Virus record (IMG/VR): IMGVR_UViG_3300043468_001158
Length of the DNA stretch: 64,000 nt
Reading direction: 5' to 3' (one strand)
Source: a virus
Lineage: Duplodnaviria; Caudoviricetes
Of this stretch, positions 63,783 to 64,000 are shown piece after piece. The number at the start of each line of letters is the position of its first letter. The first letter of the stretch is position 1. Under the pieces are notes generated by a model that saw only the letters and a list, made by a program, of their open reading frames with translations, did no database searches and was not told where the DNA came from. The translations under genes were made by a program, and so were the position numbers.

Positions 63783-64000
63783 TTACACCAATTTAGCAAC
63801 ACCAGTTTGTGGTGTAGTGAATGACAAAGTAACTTGATTACTTGAATTGTGGAAAATAGACGATGGTTGTATTTCATACGAACCAGAGAATACACGAGCA
63901 ATTGGTGCGTATCCTAAGTTATGTGTAATAACCCAACTTGTAGAAGGAGTAGTTTGATGAAACTCTAAAGCATATGTTGGTTTTTGAGCCCCGTCTAAAG
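63783..64000 (-). CDS. C-terminus of a protein entering from the right edge, carrying the same beta-domain
   Basis: Hand-translated as ...FHQTTPSTSWVITHNLGYAPIARV...FTTPQTGVAKLV*. Confidence 0.75.
   Translation of the reverse strand, partial: LDGAQKPTYALEFHQTTPSTSWVITHNLGYAPIARVFSGSYEIQPSSIFHNSSNQVTLSFTTPQTGVAKLV

Noticed and set aside
1-64000. Alternative genetic code, tRNA/rRNA genes, IS elements, introns/inteins
   Set aside because: Genes tile densely under code 11 with TAA, TGA and TAG all ending ORFs. I saw no cloverleaf, transposase, or interrupted core gene.

Overview
This 64-kb, AT-rich window is densely coding, mostly on the + strand, and is best read as part of a large T4-superfamily ('jumbo') myophage genome. 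The two spanins and a lipoprotein indicate a Gram-negative host. Recognisable genes include a DinG-like helicase, a two-subunit type II topoisomerase, thymidylate synthase, a dNMP kinase, a MazG-like NTP-PPase, two RNA ligases, a phosphoesterase, two J-domain proteins, an Hsp20, two HNH nucleases, a tail-fibre block, a Ter stress cluster (TelA, vWA, DUF475/TerC-like, two TerD), a tandem-AAA+ ATPase, two LRR paralogues and a minus-strand lysis/structural block. Two promoter classes can be read directly: 13 sigma70-type early promoters (TTTACA-N16/17-TATAAT) and about 13 T4-late-type NATAAATA boxes. The most striking signal is a set of late genes whose products begin with a T4 internal-protein-like capsid-targeting peptide (M-x-[ST]-F-x-x-[FY]-L-x-E). 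These include a contiguous module of nucleotidyltransferase, GNAT, KxDG-ligase-like protein and a second GNAT (6718-10095), a lone nucleotidyltransferase and a PD-(D/E)xK nuclease, so they may form a virion-packaged enzyme payload. Also notable are a catalytically dead prohead-protease paralogue inside the Ter cluster, a stray truncated tail-tube paralogue, a 16-bp palindromic operator at a fixed distance from two early promoters, and a structured RNA leader. All family calls come from motif reading and memory, not database searches. I found no tRNA, rRNA, CRISPR array, intron or IS element.
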